Below, in pieces: positions 49,553 through 63,353 of a stretch of DNA of 64,000 nucleotides. The notes below the pieces were generated by a model, which saw only the letters and a list, made by a program, of their open reading frames with translations, was not told the DNA's origin and made no database searches. The translations under genes and the position numbers were made by a program. The stretch is taken from positions 96,286,001 through 96,350,000 of the forward strand of contig OX597819.1 in NCBI GenBank assembly GCA_951406725.2. Reading direction: 5' to 3'. The stretch comes from Octopus vulgaris. Taxonomy: Eukaryota. Numbering within the stretch: position 1 is the first letter of the stretch; the number at the start of each line of letters is the position of its first letter.

Positions 49553-49621
49553 TATGTATATATGTATATATGTATGTATTCGAGACATTTACACATCGTC
49601 ATACTGATATAGACGATAACA

Positions 49622-49938
49622 TTGGAAGACTCCGCCGGTTACGACGACGAGGGTCCCAGCTGATACGATCAACGGAACAGCTTGCTCGTGAAATTAACGT
49701 GCAAATGGCTGAGCATTCCACAGACACGTGTACCCTTAACGTAGTTCTCGGGGATAATCAGCGTGACACAGAGAGTGACAAGGCTGACCCTTTGAAATAC
49801 AAGTACAACTCATTTTTGCCAGCTGAGTGGACTGGAGCAACGTGAAATAAAGTGTCTTGCTCAAGGACACAACGCGTCGCCGGGAATCGAACTCACAACC
49901 TTACGATCATGAGCCGAATGCCCTAACCACTAAGCCAC
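49622..49938 (-). mobile_element. SINE family C
   Basis: Matches 14537-14730 and the reverse complement of 30453-30750. Confidence 0.9.
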
Positions 49939-50673
49939 ATTATGGTGTAGATGTATCTCTATGTTGACTTGTAAGACTTATAATGTTTTGCAAATCGTAA
50001 AATTGCTTCACTGACTTCAACTTAATAAATAGTAAAGTGCTGACTTCTTAAGTAGATTAAGATAGACATATACGTACGATACTTCTGTTCTGATTATTAA
50101 TATATTATGCTTTGAGAGAGTTAAAACTCTTAAAAGAGTTAAAATCTTTAGAAAAATTTAATATGACGCCCTCTTTGCTTCTTTAGATACAGAGTCGCTT
50201 AACTTGCAATAAATAATAGCCTAATAGCTTTTGAGTCACCCGCCACGTCTTAAATAAGTGAAGTTCACATACAGTAATGTAGACTCTCACCCTCTCCACT
50301 CTCTTTCTCTCTCTTTCTCACACACGCGCGCGCACACACAGCATAAATAGTGGTGTAGTCCAAGCCTTTAATAGCATGATTGGTGTGTCAGAGTTGACCT
50401 CGATTAAGCAATATCAGAAGCAACGATGACAACATCTTTATATATGTCACCAATTTAAAGGTTTTCCTATGCAGCCCCTAATGGAGCTAACAGACAAATT
50501 GTTAAGGATATCCTGTTATTTACCTCATTCTCCGACACCGCAAAAGTCCTCTTACAAAACCCACAATTTGCTTTCGTCACTACGAGGCTTGAATTTGCTA
50601 ACCTTTACGATACATCTTAAATAGGTATCATATTGTTTAAAGACATACGGTATTCTTTAAATACATACATACA

Positions 50674-50733
<60 letters not shown>

Positions 50734-50734
50734 C

Positions 50735-50796
<62 letters not shown>

Positions 50797-50797
<1 letters not shown>

Positions 50798-51004
50798 CCT
50801 TTCAACTAAAGGCACAAAGACTGAAATTTGTGGGAGGGGGATAGTCGATTACATCAACTCCAGTACACAACTGGTACTCAGTTTATCGATCCCGAAAGGA
50901 TGAAAGGTAAAGTCGACCTCGGCGGAATTTGAACTTAGAACGTGGAGACAAAGTACCGCTAAGCACTTCGCCCGCGTGCTAACGATTCTGCCACCTCACC
51001 GCCT
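50797..51004 (-). mobile_element. SINE family A monomer (second tail type) between (AAT)n and (AAC)n
   Basis: aggcacaaag..gatagtcgattacatc..gtcgacctcggcggaatttgaac..gctaacgattctgccacctcaccgcc. Confidence 0.88.
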
Positions 51005-51005
51005 T

Positions 51006-51077
<72 letters not shown>

Positions 51078-51102
51078 AACAATAATAATAATAATAATAA
51101 TT

Positions 51103-51644
51103 TTCAACGATGCCCTGATGCAGTACGAGGCAGTGGCTCTAGTGGCTTCTGATCTTAACTTATTGGAAGTGTTATCATGTACATTGTTTCGTCTTGGAAT
51201 AAAAGATGGGCTACACTCTGCTCAATACTACAGATTTGATTGTCAGTTGTTTGATCTTAACCAGTTGAGCATGTCCTTTAGTGGCTGACGATATGTGCAA
51301 TTCTGAGAATGAGCAGAAGTAGTGGGGGAGCATCATAGCCATGTGTTGAGAGGGTTTCTTTGGGGTTTGAATAATTCACCTTTGGAAACATGGGTGTTTT
51401 GTTCAACATCCTTAAACAACTCTCATTCAGGGACCTTTGGAGCGAGATGGGTTACTCGACCGGAAGAAAATTCTAACTGGGCCCCACCCGCAAGGTCATG
51501 TGCTGTTAATCTTGATATGAGATCACCATGTCAAGCACATATGGTTGTGATGCATGTGCCTCGTGTACCCTTATCAGACGGGTAAACTGGGCTTCGTAAA
51601 TTTACCCCAGTGTCACTTTGATGGCATGCACTGCTCCCTCACTC

Positions 51645-51645
<1 letters not shown>
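51103..51645 (+). mobile_element. Unclassified insertion ending in (AAT)n, possibly the 3' UTR of a non-LTR element
   Basis: Complex, higher-GC block bounded by (AAT)n on both sides. Confidence 0.4.
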
Positions 51646-51669
<24 letters not shown>

Positions 51670-51675
<6 letters not shown>

Positions 51676-52058
51676 GTTGCATGCCCCTTTCACCCATGAA
51701 TAGTGGCGAAAGGGAGGCGAAAAGATAGATAAATACAGTACGAATTAGCCCGGCTATGGAAAACGAAGAAGGTGAATATAATGCCAATTATTGTTGAGTC
51801 CTTGGGAACAGTATAAGAAGGTATCAAGGGGAATATAGAGGAAATTGGAATAAAGTGCCCAGTAGAACTGGTACAAAAGGTTTGCCTTCTTGGCATAGCC
51901 AGAAGAATCAGGAAAGTATTAGATAGTCGAAAAGAATGGATAGCATGGTAACGTAGGCTGCAGGTAGCAAACCCGCTATACATTTAAGACTCCAAGACCT
52001 CCGACAAAATCTGCGATAAAGAGCTACAACAACAACAACAACAACAACAATAATAATA
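51670..52058 (+). mobile_element. R4/Dong-clade non-LTR retrotransposon 3' fragment (restriction-like endonuclease domain)
   Basis: INVACPF..KIDKY..ELARLWKTKKVNIMPIIVESLGTV..IGIKCPVELVQKVCLLGIARRIRKVLD; (AAC)n(AAT)n tail; preceded by (AAT)n. Confidence 0.8.
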
Positions 52059-52656
52059 TTTATTAAATAAATAAACAAATAAAAACATGTATATATATAT
52101 ATATATATATAAACAATAAAATACTGGTTTTATATAAACAATAAAATACTGGTTTTAGCGTGATAACCTGAAAAATAGTGCTTAGAGAGATCAGAATCTT
52201 AAACTCCAATATCTTCAAGAGAGTGAGATAATTCAGAGCTGGAAAAGTCAGCTAGAAGATCGATTGGAATCGAGTGGGTATGGGAGTAGAAAGACAGAAA
52301 AACGATAATAGACGCTAGGAGTGTATTTATATGAAAATTTACGTATGCAATTTACATATGATGAGGTCATATCTTTACAGCTGTTTCGAATGGTCGATGA
52401 CTGGCTGATATAACAATGAATATTAGACAAGCAAGTTCAATATTAAAGCAATATTGTAAGTATACATAAAAGTAAAGTTACATTTGGCGAGGATTTTAGT
52501 AATTTCATACAGTGGCGTCGCCACGGCATTCTCTCCAGAAGATGACCAAACACACACATATATATATATATATGTGTGTATATATTTGTGAGTATATGTG
52601 TATGTGTGCGTATGTGTGCGCGCGCGTGCGTGTGTGTGAATGTGTATGTATATGTA

Positions 52657-52694
<38 letters not shown>

Positions 52695-53038
52695 CAAAAA
52701 TCACAATAATATTGTATAATAACAACAGTCATCGAGGGTACCTCGATGTGAGCACTTGACAAGCTCAAAATACCAGGTAGATTCTTGCTATATGAGAAAA
52801 GGAATGTCTCAATAAAAAAATGAAATTTCTTCATACATTGTCTAACAATAGGTTGAAACGGTCATGGATTAAGGTTTTTGTCATGGTTCTTCTTGGTCGT
52901 TACTATAATCATAATTAGAACTTCATGCTCGTAGGTCTTTTTAGTCACTGTTATAATTATAACTGGAACATTTTCATAATTGGTTTGCTTGATCAGAACC
53001 AACCTGGGGCTAAACAACAACATCAGCGTAAGCATTGA

Positions 53039-53245
53039 CCCTGTCACACTATATTTCCACTATAGCGTGAATAAGTTAAACGTTTTTTCTGCCGGATTCC
53101 CGGTAAGGTTGTAATGAACAACATAGAAAAAAATGATGCAATCGATTCTATCCATTAGTTTGCCTGCGATCGTTACTAAATAATTTTTTGATTAGAAGCC
53201 TAGGTTGACGGTAAAGCTAGACACAGGGGCCCAGGTCTGAGAGGG
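53039..53245. mobile_element. Possible piggyBac-type MITE
   Basis: TTGA|ccctgtcacac ... gtctgagaggg|TTAA: imperfect TIRs with one TTAA and one degenerate TSD. Confidence 0.4.
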
Positions 53246-56200
53246 TTAACAACAACAATAACGACGACGACGACGACGATGACGACAACTTGCCCGCCAT
53301 ATTAACTAGAAATAGCAAATTACAATCCACTATTAAAAAAGAAAAGCTAATTATAAACACTAGATAATGTAGCCTTAGATAAACTTTGAATGGTTATGGG
53401 TGGGGTGTCTTTGATCATTGGTCTGATCGATCAGACTTGATTGGAGTTAAACAACAACAATAACAGACCAGCATCATGTCTTACTTAATGAAAATAATGA
53501 TATTGATGATGATAATAATAAATAATAATAATGATTTCTTTTATTAATAATAAATAATAACAATAACGACATGATGATGATGATGAAGATGATGATGATG
53601 ATGATCATCATCATCATGACGACGACGACGACGATGATAACTAAGATGATGATAATGATGATGATAACTTTTATCAATAGCATCAACAAAGATCAGAGGC
53701 AAGTATAAAGTGGCAGAAGCAGCGAAGCAGAAAGCGTCATTGACTAAGTAATAAAACTGACATAAAACATGTAGGTTTTTGTCATATTATATGAAAATAA
53801 AGACTTTTGTTGTTCTGTAAGAAATTCTCCCTGTCTATTGTGAAAGCCGTCATGCACGCCTGAATATATAGGTTTGTATTTCAAAACAATCTTTCTGAAG
53901 TATGAATGGTGCTTTTCATTTATTTATATATATATATATATATATTTTTTTTTTATGTGTGGTGTTTTCAGTGAAGGTTTTATTTATTCACAGAGAAAAT
54001 TGTGAAGATATTGAATACATTTTAGCGTCACTAAAGCAACAATTATTTTCTTTTTCATTCAAAATATTTCGGTATAGTGAGAGAGTTTAGTAAATAGACA
54101 GAAGGGATACAAAAGGTTAACGTCAGTTTAACTGAAGTAAATGCTTCACACAAAACATAGATCTCGTTATGACCAGCTGCTTTCTAAAATTAGTGGGAAA
54201 GAATCGTTTTTGTTAAGGAAATAGGCTCCAACACCAAGGCCGCAGTAAATTTAACTTCTTCAAATGAAAGAAAGTAAAATGGCTGAAGTTTTTGCTGTAT
54301 AAATAGCTTCAATATAATTCTCAATGGTGACTGTATCTGATCACGGGGCATAATCCTGGGGCGGTGGGGTTAAAGGCTGTGATAAATAAACACAGTGTAT
54401 ATTATTTGAAAAAGTAACTTGAGAAGACATGTTACTTTTTTAACCAGATCTAAAATAAGACCTTAAAAGTCTGAAATCGTGTTACTTCGATTGCTGGGCC
54501 CAGAAATACTGGGCCCTGGTGGAGTCTCAAAAACCGGTAAGAGTGATGTGGTTTATGTTCCTGTTGAACAATAGCTGCAGGAAAACATGCAGAGGGAGGG
54601 AAATTTCAGACAGCCGACGTTCTGAGGAAGAAGAACTGGACGTAGTGGTTAGTGTAGGGCCTGGGGGAGACAGGACACAGTATAAAGTGTCTCCTCTCAT
54701 TAGAGAGGAGAGACAAATCAGGATTGTCTGAGTAAAAATTGCAAGAGACCAACCAATCAATCAACCAGAGACTGGAGTGTGTTAGTGACCGGTCACTTGA
54801 AATTTTACTGACCACGCCAACTATTGAGATTAATAGACATTACCGATAGTTGTTCCTAACAAATCAGTTGTTCCCAAACTCCCGAAATAAATGATAATCA
54901 TATGTAGACCAATAACAAATGTTTTGTATCAAAATTTTCATTCTTTGAATTAAAAAAATGTGGTAGCTAATGCTGGCAAGTCAAGTGATAGCGTTAAGCT
55001 GTAAAGGGCAACTTGCGGTGCGCGAGACTGTTTGAATGGCATGCCGAACGAAAAATTACCTTGAACTTTTTAGTAGTGCAGTACGCAAGATGGTGAGCCT
55101 TGTCGTACGCAGCCTACTTCTCGTAAAAGGTTGCCCACACCTAGTGCAGAGGCAGTCTTTTCGGTTCATCTAATATTTAAGTAAAACTGCACTGACGACT
55201 ATTACTATTGAGCCATCGTACACTATCCAGGCGAACGCAGCTTTCGCGAATCTATCACCGGTTATAGAAGGCGATCCACCAACTGTTTAACTGCTAGTCA
55301 GCTCTACTCTCAAAACGGCAATCTACGGCTTTCAATTACAGAATAGAATAATCTTCAAGAAAATAGATGATTGATATAGGAGAGTGCAAATATCGATTTA
55401 TTTGATATAAAAGGAAAATGGAAAAAATTTAAAAGAAAAAGCAGTAAAATAAAATATACGAAAGCGAGAAAAAACTTTAAAAAATATCTTTAATTGAGCA
55501 ATATAGTTTCTTTGTTGAAAACTTTGGAAATCTGACAGTTTTGGCTCAGAATAAGGATTGCTGCTAAATTGATAATCTCTGACTATCGTAGATATTTGGA
55601 AACACGTGTTTTCGACGTTTTAATAAATCAAATTAGACAATCGATAAATAAAACAAAAAACATTACACTAGCGAAGTAAAAAAGAAATAACATTCTGCAA
55701 TTACATTAGCTGAATGAGGTAGGCGTGTTGGACCCTTGATTTAGTAAGAGGTAGGGGAAACCAATATTGGCATTGCTATGTTATAATATTCAACGATATT
55801 ATGAAGGGACTATTCATCATTTTATTAAAAAAAAAGAGAGAAATAAACAGCAGTTGTAGGAAATTCAGCAACTGATCAAATTGGTAAATGAAACTTCAAT
55901 GTAGCAGGTTGATGAAAGAAACTAGAGTTGAATATATTGCTGGTAATTAATCTATTTTGATAAATGGGTATTGCTGGCTGGGACTGATTGATGTCTACAT
56001 TTCGTAAATCCGACTGGAATCACGATACTTAACATGAAGAAATCTGGTCAGCTTCTTGGAGTTTGCAGTAAGTTAATCGAATTTCAATTTAAAAGAAATG
56101 GTAAATATCAAACTAATTTCAGCCATGGATATGGAGTTTCAGAATAAATAAGAGAGAGAAGTTGAACTGTTGAGGTGTTTATGTTGATGCTATTCAAGTG

Positions 56201-57758
56201 GCGTACTTTCAAATAAAATTTGAAACAAAGTTGCTAATTTGATTCAGAATATACTGGTTCGTGCTTAATGATATCAAAAATGCCAATGAAGAGGAGCTGT
56301 TGTGACATTTAAGCATTTTGCGATAGTGACAGGGACTTAAAGGAAGTAATTTTCATAATTATATAGGTCGATAAGTTATAATACCAAAGAAGTATTAATC
56401 GACTAACTTCTACTCGAGGTTTCTAATCCTGTACCAATGCTAGAAACAATTATTATTAAATCTGTTGTCTACTAGAAGAATAGGTAGATCACTGAACAAA
56501 ATGTCATGTAGTTGTTCGTTTACGTCCAAACCCAGCTCAGGAATGCCTTACTTTTCACTCTTACTGAATCGATTAATAAAGTACTACTAAAAGATATAGT
56601 CAGTCTGCCCTTCCTTCAAAATGTATGTCATTTATTAGACTTAGATATTTGGTTTTGTTCCTTTATGTTCTGAATTCAAATCCTGCTGAGAACAACTTTA
56701 CCTTTTACCTTTTCAAGGTTGACAAAATAAGAAACAGTCGAGTAGTGAGGTTGCTTAAATAGATAACACCAATCTTCGCAACGTTGTGAACTTATTAGTT
56801 ATTTATTGATACTATTACTAAAAGTGTCTGCTTTGAATTTATTTGTATCCCACGTCCAAGGATAACATTAGTTAATTCTCTGAAACCTTGTTTAACTGCA
56901 ACTAAATCTTAGAGTGTAGAGAGTAGCAGTTTTGTTTTGTCAATATATATGAACACATTGCAAGCGAATTATGCTTGCAGTTATTTATAGTAAGGTCACA
57001 TAAATATGAGGGTTTGTGAAACCTTGTTATCATTTCTATTCTCGTAATCTTAAAAGTTCCGAGTGTCGTTGCTAGCAGAGTGTTTCTCCAGTTCACTGCT
57101 GGTTACTGCTTGTAGGAAGCGTATTCTGTTTGGCAAAGACCGTTTGTCTTTGGCGAACAGCTTGTTGCAAATGGCTACTTGAGAAAAATATACGACTACT
57201 TGTGAGTAATGGAGCATATGAAATTATCAGCGTTTGACATTTAGCTTAAGAAAAGAATTTCACTTAAGAATTGTTGTCGTACTTTTCTAATATTAGTGTT
57301 GAACTTTAAGGAAGGCATTGAAAATTACTTCTACGTCGTTATATTTACTTGGAGTCTTCTATTCAAGGTCAGCTACTTTTCTGGTCAACCAGAAATAACG
57401 CAGCTGAACAGAAACAGAATAAGTATCACTTTCTGCCGTTACTTTATGTCCAGTTAACAACAGAAGCTGACATTACGCTTTATCTTAAATGTTACAAAGA
57501 TTCCTTGCTAAAATTGCTTTGTATTAATTCCATACAAAAATGCAAAAACCATTATCAGCACAGCAAATTTCGTGCGGAGAAAAGAAGCCATTAAAAACCA
57601 ATAGAAGTGACTTTTTTGTGAATTTTCTATCCAAAACCCAATCAAAATGCCCGAAACTTGATACGCCAATTGAAAGCTTGCTAGCTGTATGTGATTGGTT
57701 GGAGATTTGGACAGTACTCGCCTGTATGTGCGCACGCACGCAGCTGTATATGCATGCT

Positions 57759-57797
57759 CTAGCACTATGACCCGGCGTTGCTGGGTCATAATACTAG
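57759..57797. mobile_element. Helitron-like 3' terminal hairpin
   Basis: CTAG-cac-tatgacccggcgttgctgggtcata-ata-CTAG; the reverse complement contains gcaacgccgggt, as at 34561-34572. Confidence 0.6.
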
Positions 57798-59943
57798 TCA
57801 AAAAATAAAAAGGTAACATTGTTTTATATTAAGGTAACTTTCGTTTACTTGCATTATAAACTATAATCTAAAAATTACCTTTTCCAGATCTAGTTTAAGA
57901 AAATTTGATGTTGAGACAGAGAATCCCAACTTCATATAGAAGTTTATGTCCTTCGTTCATTACAAAGGTATTGTTTGATTCCTTTTAATCCATGATACTC
58001 ATTATTCCACTTTTCAGTTTTGAAAATGTGCAGCAATCACTGCAGCTGGCAGCTATATGTGACAAAGGGATGTGCAAGGTACAGCTGCATCTGCAAAACC
58101 AAATTTCGAAATATTGTTAATCACGAAATTCCTAAACTGATCAAGTGGTTGTTGTTGCTACCGTTATTTAGCTTGAGCTCAATTTTCCTCAAGCGGCGAC
58201 ATTCTACTCACGATCAACCCTTCTTTTTATTTAGACTTAACCTCGTACTTTATTATCCAATGTGTGTTTCTGTTAAGTCGGTAGAGTGTATTCTGATGGA
58301 TGTGTGTCTACTGCTTCTCGGAAGTTCAACAACAAAGGAAAAGTTCTCTCGTTATGCTGCGTTATTTTATGAAAGCAGCAATTCTAGTGGAAGGAAATCG
58401 ACATTTTGAATGATCTAGTCACCCGACTAGATTTAGAATGAATGGTTATGATATACTTGCTGTTAATGTGTTATCAGTGTATTATCTGCGTGATACATAT
58501 ATGATAAAGCTTCTAATTATTTCTGATATAAGTACAAGGCCTGTAATTGAGAGGGGGGAGAGTTGATTACATCGACCCCAATACTTAACTGATACTTATT
58601 TTACATACCTGACTGGAGAACAAAAAGAAATGAGAGAAATAAAACAACATCCTTCAAAAACTCATAGAAGGAAATCCTATACACGTAAGAAACTTACCCT
58701 CTTTCTGTTACTCAATCTCTTTCCTTCTTTGTTTCTCCTCCACTGTTAAAAGTAAAGAAAATAGAAAATATCGATTGTACTTGTGTGTAATGTTAATTTT
58801 AATTTTAAATGACTCTGACGCTGTCATTGCCTTGCTGCTATCTCTTCACTGTTAAGAGGGTAAGAAAGAAACAAAAAACAGAAGAAAAGGAAAATGACCG
58901 TGAATAGTTCTTAAATGTTTTAAATGAACATAGATCAATTAGTTTCATGATTCCAAGTTATGTTGTATCGATAAGCTACAATGAGAGCGAAATAACGTTA
59001 TCTGCAGCTACTAGGACATCCAAAATGGGAGAAAATAAATGAATTATATGGAAATTTTATTTCACGTTCTCTCACTCATAAGGAAAAGATCTCGCATAAT
59101 AATAATAATAAAGCAAAAGAAAAAAAATTATAAGACCTGAGTGTTTCTCTCCACTTAACGGAAAATTCACCCTCCCTTCTATTTGTTAGCAAATATTTTT
59201 TCTCTCCGTCTCTGACACCGAAAGCAATCATAGGTGGCAGCACCAACAGTCGTCAGGCAAAATTCCCACCATAATGAACTGCGAAATTCAAATTGAATCT
59301 GCTCTTAGCATTGAGTTTTCCCATCGGTAAATGTTCCGTTTTAGTTCTTAAATGTGTTTTAAAATAATATCCTTAAATGAACATTTGTTTGATAATGACA
59401 CACCAGTTACAAAGTTTATATTGGAAATTATATTATATTATATTATATTACATAAAACATTATAAATCTAGAAACAGTTCAAGCTTCAGAATACCTCGCA
59501 TTAAAATGGATGTATTTCTATCTTAACACTCCTCTCCACACACATACACACACACAAACACCCCCCACACACACACTCACGCACGCGCACATGAATACAC
59601 AAACGCACACATACATATACATATACACACATACATATTCTTTTATCTTCTTTTACTGGTTCATTCATTGGACTGCAGTCATGCTAGGGCACCACCTTAA
59701 AAAATGTCACTTGAAGTATATTCTCTTCCTGATTCGTGTTTTATTGAATATTTTGTTATGTTGTTAGCCAAAAGATATATAAAGAAAACACATTAAAAAA
59801 AGTTTGCCTTGCTCTTTGCGTTACTCTTCGTACTTGTGAGTACTGAGTGCGTATACATGCATATATGTATATACATTTATGTTTGTATGTATGTATGTAT
59901 GTATGTATGTATGTATGTATGTATGTATGTATATATATAAATA

Positions 59944-60016
<73 letters not shown>

Positions 60017-60019
<3 letters not shown>

Positions 60020-60186
60020 TCTGTCTTCCCTTCCTTGGACCTTTCCCTTTTTTTTATATTTCTAACGAAGAGCTCCGCTCGTAACGTTAAATCCTCCTTC
60101 TTTCTTTCCTTTCCTGAGCGTCAAATAACACTATACTTTATGCACGTCCTCGCGTTGATGTGTTTTCTCTTTGTTCATGTTTGGAT

Positions 60187-60190
<4 letters not shown>
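60017..60190 (+). mobile_element. Solo PLE 3'-end fragment with degenerate hammerhead (60058-60092), flanked by (TA)n
   Basis: attt-CTAACGA-a-gagc(tcc)gctc-GTAA-cgtt-aaat followed by ttcctgagcg, as downstream of the Neptune hammerhead. Confidence 0.7.
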
Positions 60191-60256
<66 letters not shown>

Positions 60257-61170
60257 TCCATCCATCCATACATACATACATACATACACGCATACATAAA
60301 TACATACATACATATATACATACTTATCCGTTTTTTGCCATAATAGTTGTGTGGAGCCCTGCAATAGCTGTTCGAAGAGTATATGTGACTTAGTGCAATA
60401 AAGTGTCCTCTGATGGTCCGTTGTCGTTGAACAGCTAAAAACACTGGGAACACCTATGCCAGGGCTCCTCCAAACGACAATATTGGGGAAACGTATATAG
60501 GAACTATAACACAAACTTGATTTTTTTCTTTCTTTCTCCCACATTTGCTCTGGAGTTCATAGCTAGTGATACTACTCCATTATAGAGGAATCAGACAGGA
60601 TTATGAAAATCTACGTAGAGCTCTGAGCATTGTAGTAGCAATAGTAAGTTTATTGTTACACGTAAATATTACACACACATACACATACACTCACACACAC
60701 ACACACACAGTCGCACACATATACATTTATACACACACGCACACAAATATATAGATAGATATATAAATGTAAGATCCAAGGATCGAAGTGTGGGAAGAAG
60801 ATGAGCTTATAACAATCCATAGAAAATATAAAAAAACAACAACTTTCGGGAACAAAAGTTGCGAATTTTCCTCGTATCGAAGTACAATATATATATATAT
60901 ATGCACGTATGTATGTATGTATGTATGTATGTATGTATGTATGTATGTATGTATGTATGTATGTATGTATGTATGTATGTATGTACGTACGTACGTATGT
61001 ATGTATGTATTTGGCCTGCATTTATTAAACTTTAAATCACATAAAAAAATGCACACATGCACAGACACGCATACACTTCCGTGTCATACACACATACACA
61101 CTCACACCCACATACACACACACACTCTCTATCTCTCTCTGTCTGTCTCTCTCTCTCACACACACACACA

Positions 61171-61208
<38 letters not shown>

Positions 61209-61839
61209 CACACATATATGTCAGTATGTAGATATGACGAATGTTGTTTTTCCATTTGTCTATTTATGTCGTGATAAATTATCTATGGAAATGCCGAAGG
61301 TCATGTGACATTATCTTGACTGATGTATATAATAAAAGATATACGATTAGCTCATCGCACGTCACGTGATAGATAAAGTCATCGTTTTGGGGATAGTAAA
61401 GTTAATGAGGATATGCAGGGAAGTTTCGGTAACCTTCAAAGTAATCTGTGTCAGAGCGTAATAGACAGGGGTGAGGGTGGTAATTACACCTTCACCCCTA
61501 CCTCATGTCTCCCCACAAAAGTAATTGTTTCAGAGAACAGCAGAATAATGTACACTGAATGGATGGTATTCATCGGTGGCTAGAGCACCAAAACAGAATG
61601 GAACACACACGCTCACGCACATAAAGACGTAGACACACATTCACACATGCACACAAATAGATATTCAAATGTACATGTATAGATACACATATTCCTACAC
61701 ATATGTACGTGAGTGTATGTGTGCGTGTGTGCATGCCTGTATACATACACACATATATGCATGTGTGTGTGTGTGTGTGTAAGTTAGTGTTAGCCCACTC
61801 TCAGTTTTTCTATTCCCCCACTTGTTTGAATTAATAACA

Positions 61840-61918
<79 letters not shown>

Positions 61919-61921
<3 letters not shown>

Positions 61922-63120
61922 AAAAAGAAATGGAGTTGAAATTGCACAGAGGAATATATTAGAATTAATTACAACTTGAGTATCTTTTAAAATATAGGGA
62001 TATATTTAACCGGTTTCTCATTATACTTTCAAAAGCGCTGTGGCGCGAATTATATCTATTCTCGCCGTTGTTTTAAAAATAGTTTGTTTTTTAAGTAGGA
62101 AAGTAGCTCAGAACGCTGTCTGTTAATGTATAAATTGATTGGTCAACGTTGATGCATTAAGCTGATGTGGAAATCACGTGAGGTCACATAAAAACTTTTT
62201 TCCATTGAATATGTCATACAGCAGTTGGAAAAGAGAGATATAAATAAGTGATATAATAATCGTTTGCATAAAATTGTTATTGGTAATTATTGTTTATTAT
62301 TCAGTCGAAGAATAATGTTATCAGTTAGTGTTAGTTTACTCCCACTGAACATGTTAAAACATATCACTTTATTAACAAGGTGTGGGATATGTGAGATAAT
62401 GAGGTGTGGAGTAAATAAGATAAATGATAGCTGCTACATTTAATTTTAGTCTTCTTAAGAACTAGTCTAAGTAGACAGTCTACAATAATTAATCCATGGG
62501 AAAGGCAAATCGTGTATTACTGATGCTTTATATAACCTGTTCAGCTGTAGCTTGTATTTTTTAATAAACGAACTTTCCTTATTAATTCTTGTTTGGTGTG
62601 TGATTATTGTCTGCACATTGATAGTAGGAGGAGAAGATATTTGAGAGATTTGGTTTTCGTGCATATGTCCAGATGTTTACAATGTAGAATTTGTCTAGTT
62701 TGGGACTATTTATTTGTTGACAATGGATATTTAATCTCATTTTTAACGTGAGTTTAGTTTGTTCAATGTTGTCTTCCCTGCATCCACTGCATTTGATGGC
62801 ATATGCTAAATGTTTTGAAGAAGTTGTCCTGATTTAAATCTGTAAGTTGTGTTCTTAATAAATTTAGCACAAGTTCCACAATTGGATCGTCCACACATTT
62901 TAACTGTTGGAGTTGAGTCCGTAGTTGATAATTTCGCGTTGGTAAATAGTTTTTTAGGGACTTTGGTTGTCTTTTGCATTTGACAATTTTGTATGATTTG
63001 GTACTTTTGGTGTGCAGTAACACTTTTGGTACTACACTGCAATAAATTGATACTTTTTTCAAATTTTTTCGCTTTATGTAAAAAAAAAAAATGTTTATAG
63101 CGTATGTAAGTGAACAATGT
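61919..63120 (-). pseudogene. Decayed Neptune-type PLE: linker and GIY-YIG region plus 3' end at (TA)n
   Basis: KCKRQPKSLK/KLFTNAKL..TVKMCGRSNCGTC..YRFKSGQ and YAIKCSGCREDNIEQT across frameshifts. Confidence 0.75.
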
Positions 63121-63353
63121 AACAATTAATACATTACGTTACTATTGGACTAACTATTTTATATCAAAATATATTTTGCGACATTTTATAACGAGGCAGT
63201 TTATGGCTAATTGGTATAGAACGTGTTAAATACGTGAATCGTACGTACCATCCAATATCACTGCTAGTCAGTAGCATGTTTTATACATAAGTGACAAGTG
63301 TTTCCTTACTACCCCGTTAAACCTTTATCAATTATGAGTCATTTATAACCCTC

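Noticed and set aside
54544-54930. Possible solo LTR (TGAT..ATCA ends, TATAAA, AATAAA)
   Set aside because: No target-site duplication, no second copy and no PBS/PPT.
55690-56340. Possible decayed hAT transposase
   Set aside because: No unambiguous motif could be read in any frame.
62000-62030. Minus-strand GAAACCGGTTA 3' half of a hammerhead in the decayed PLE end
   Set aside because: No matching CUGANGA was found at a suitable distance.
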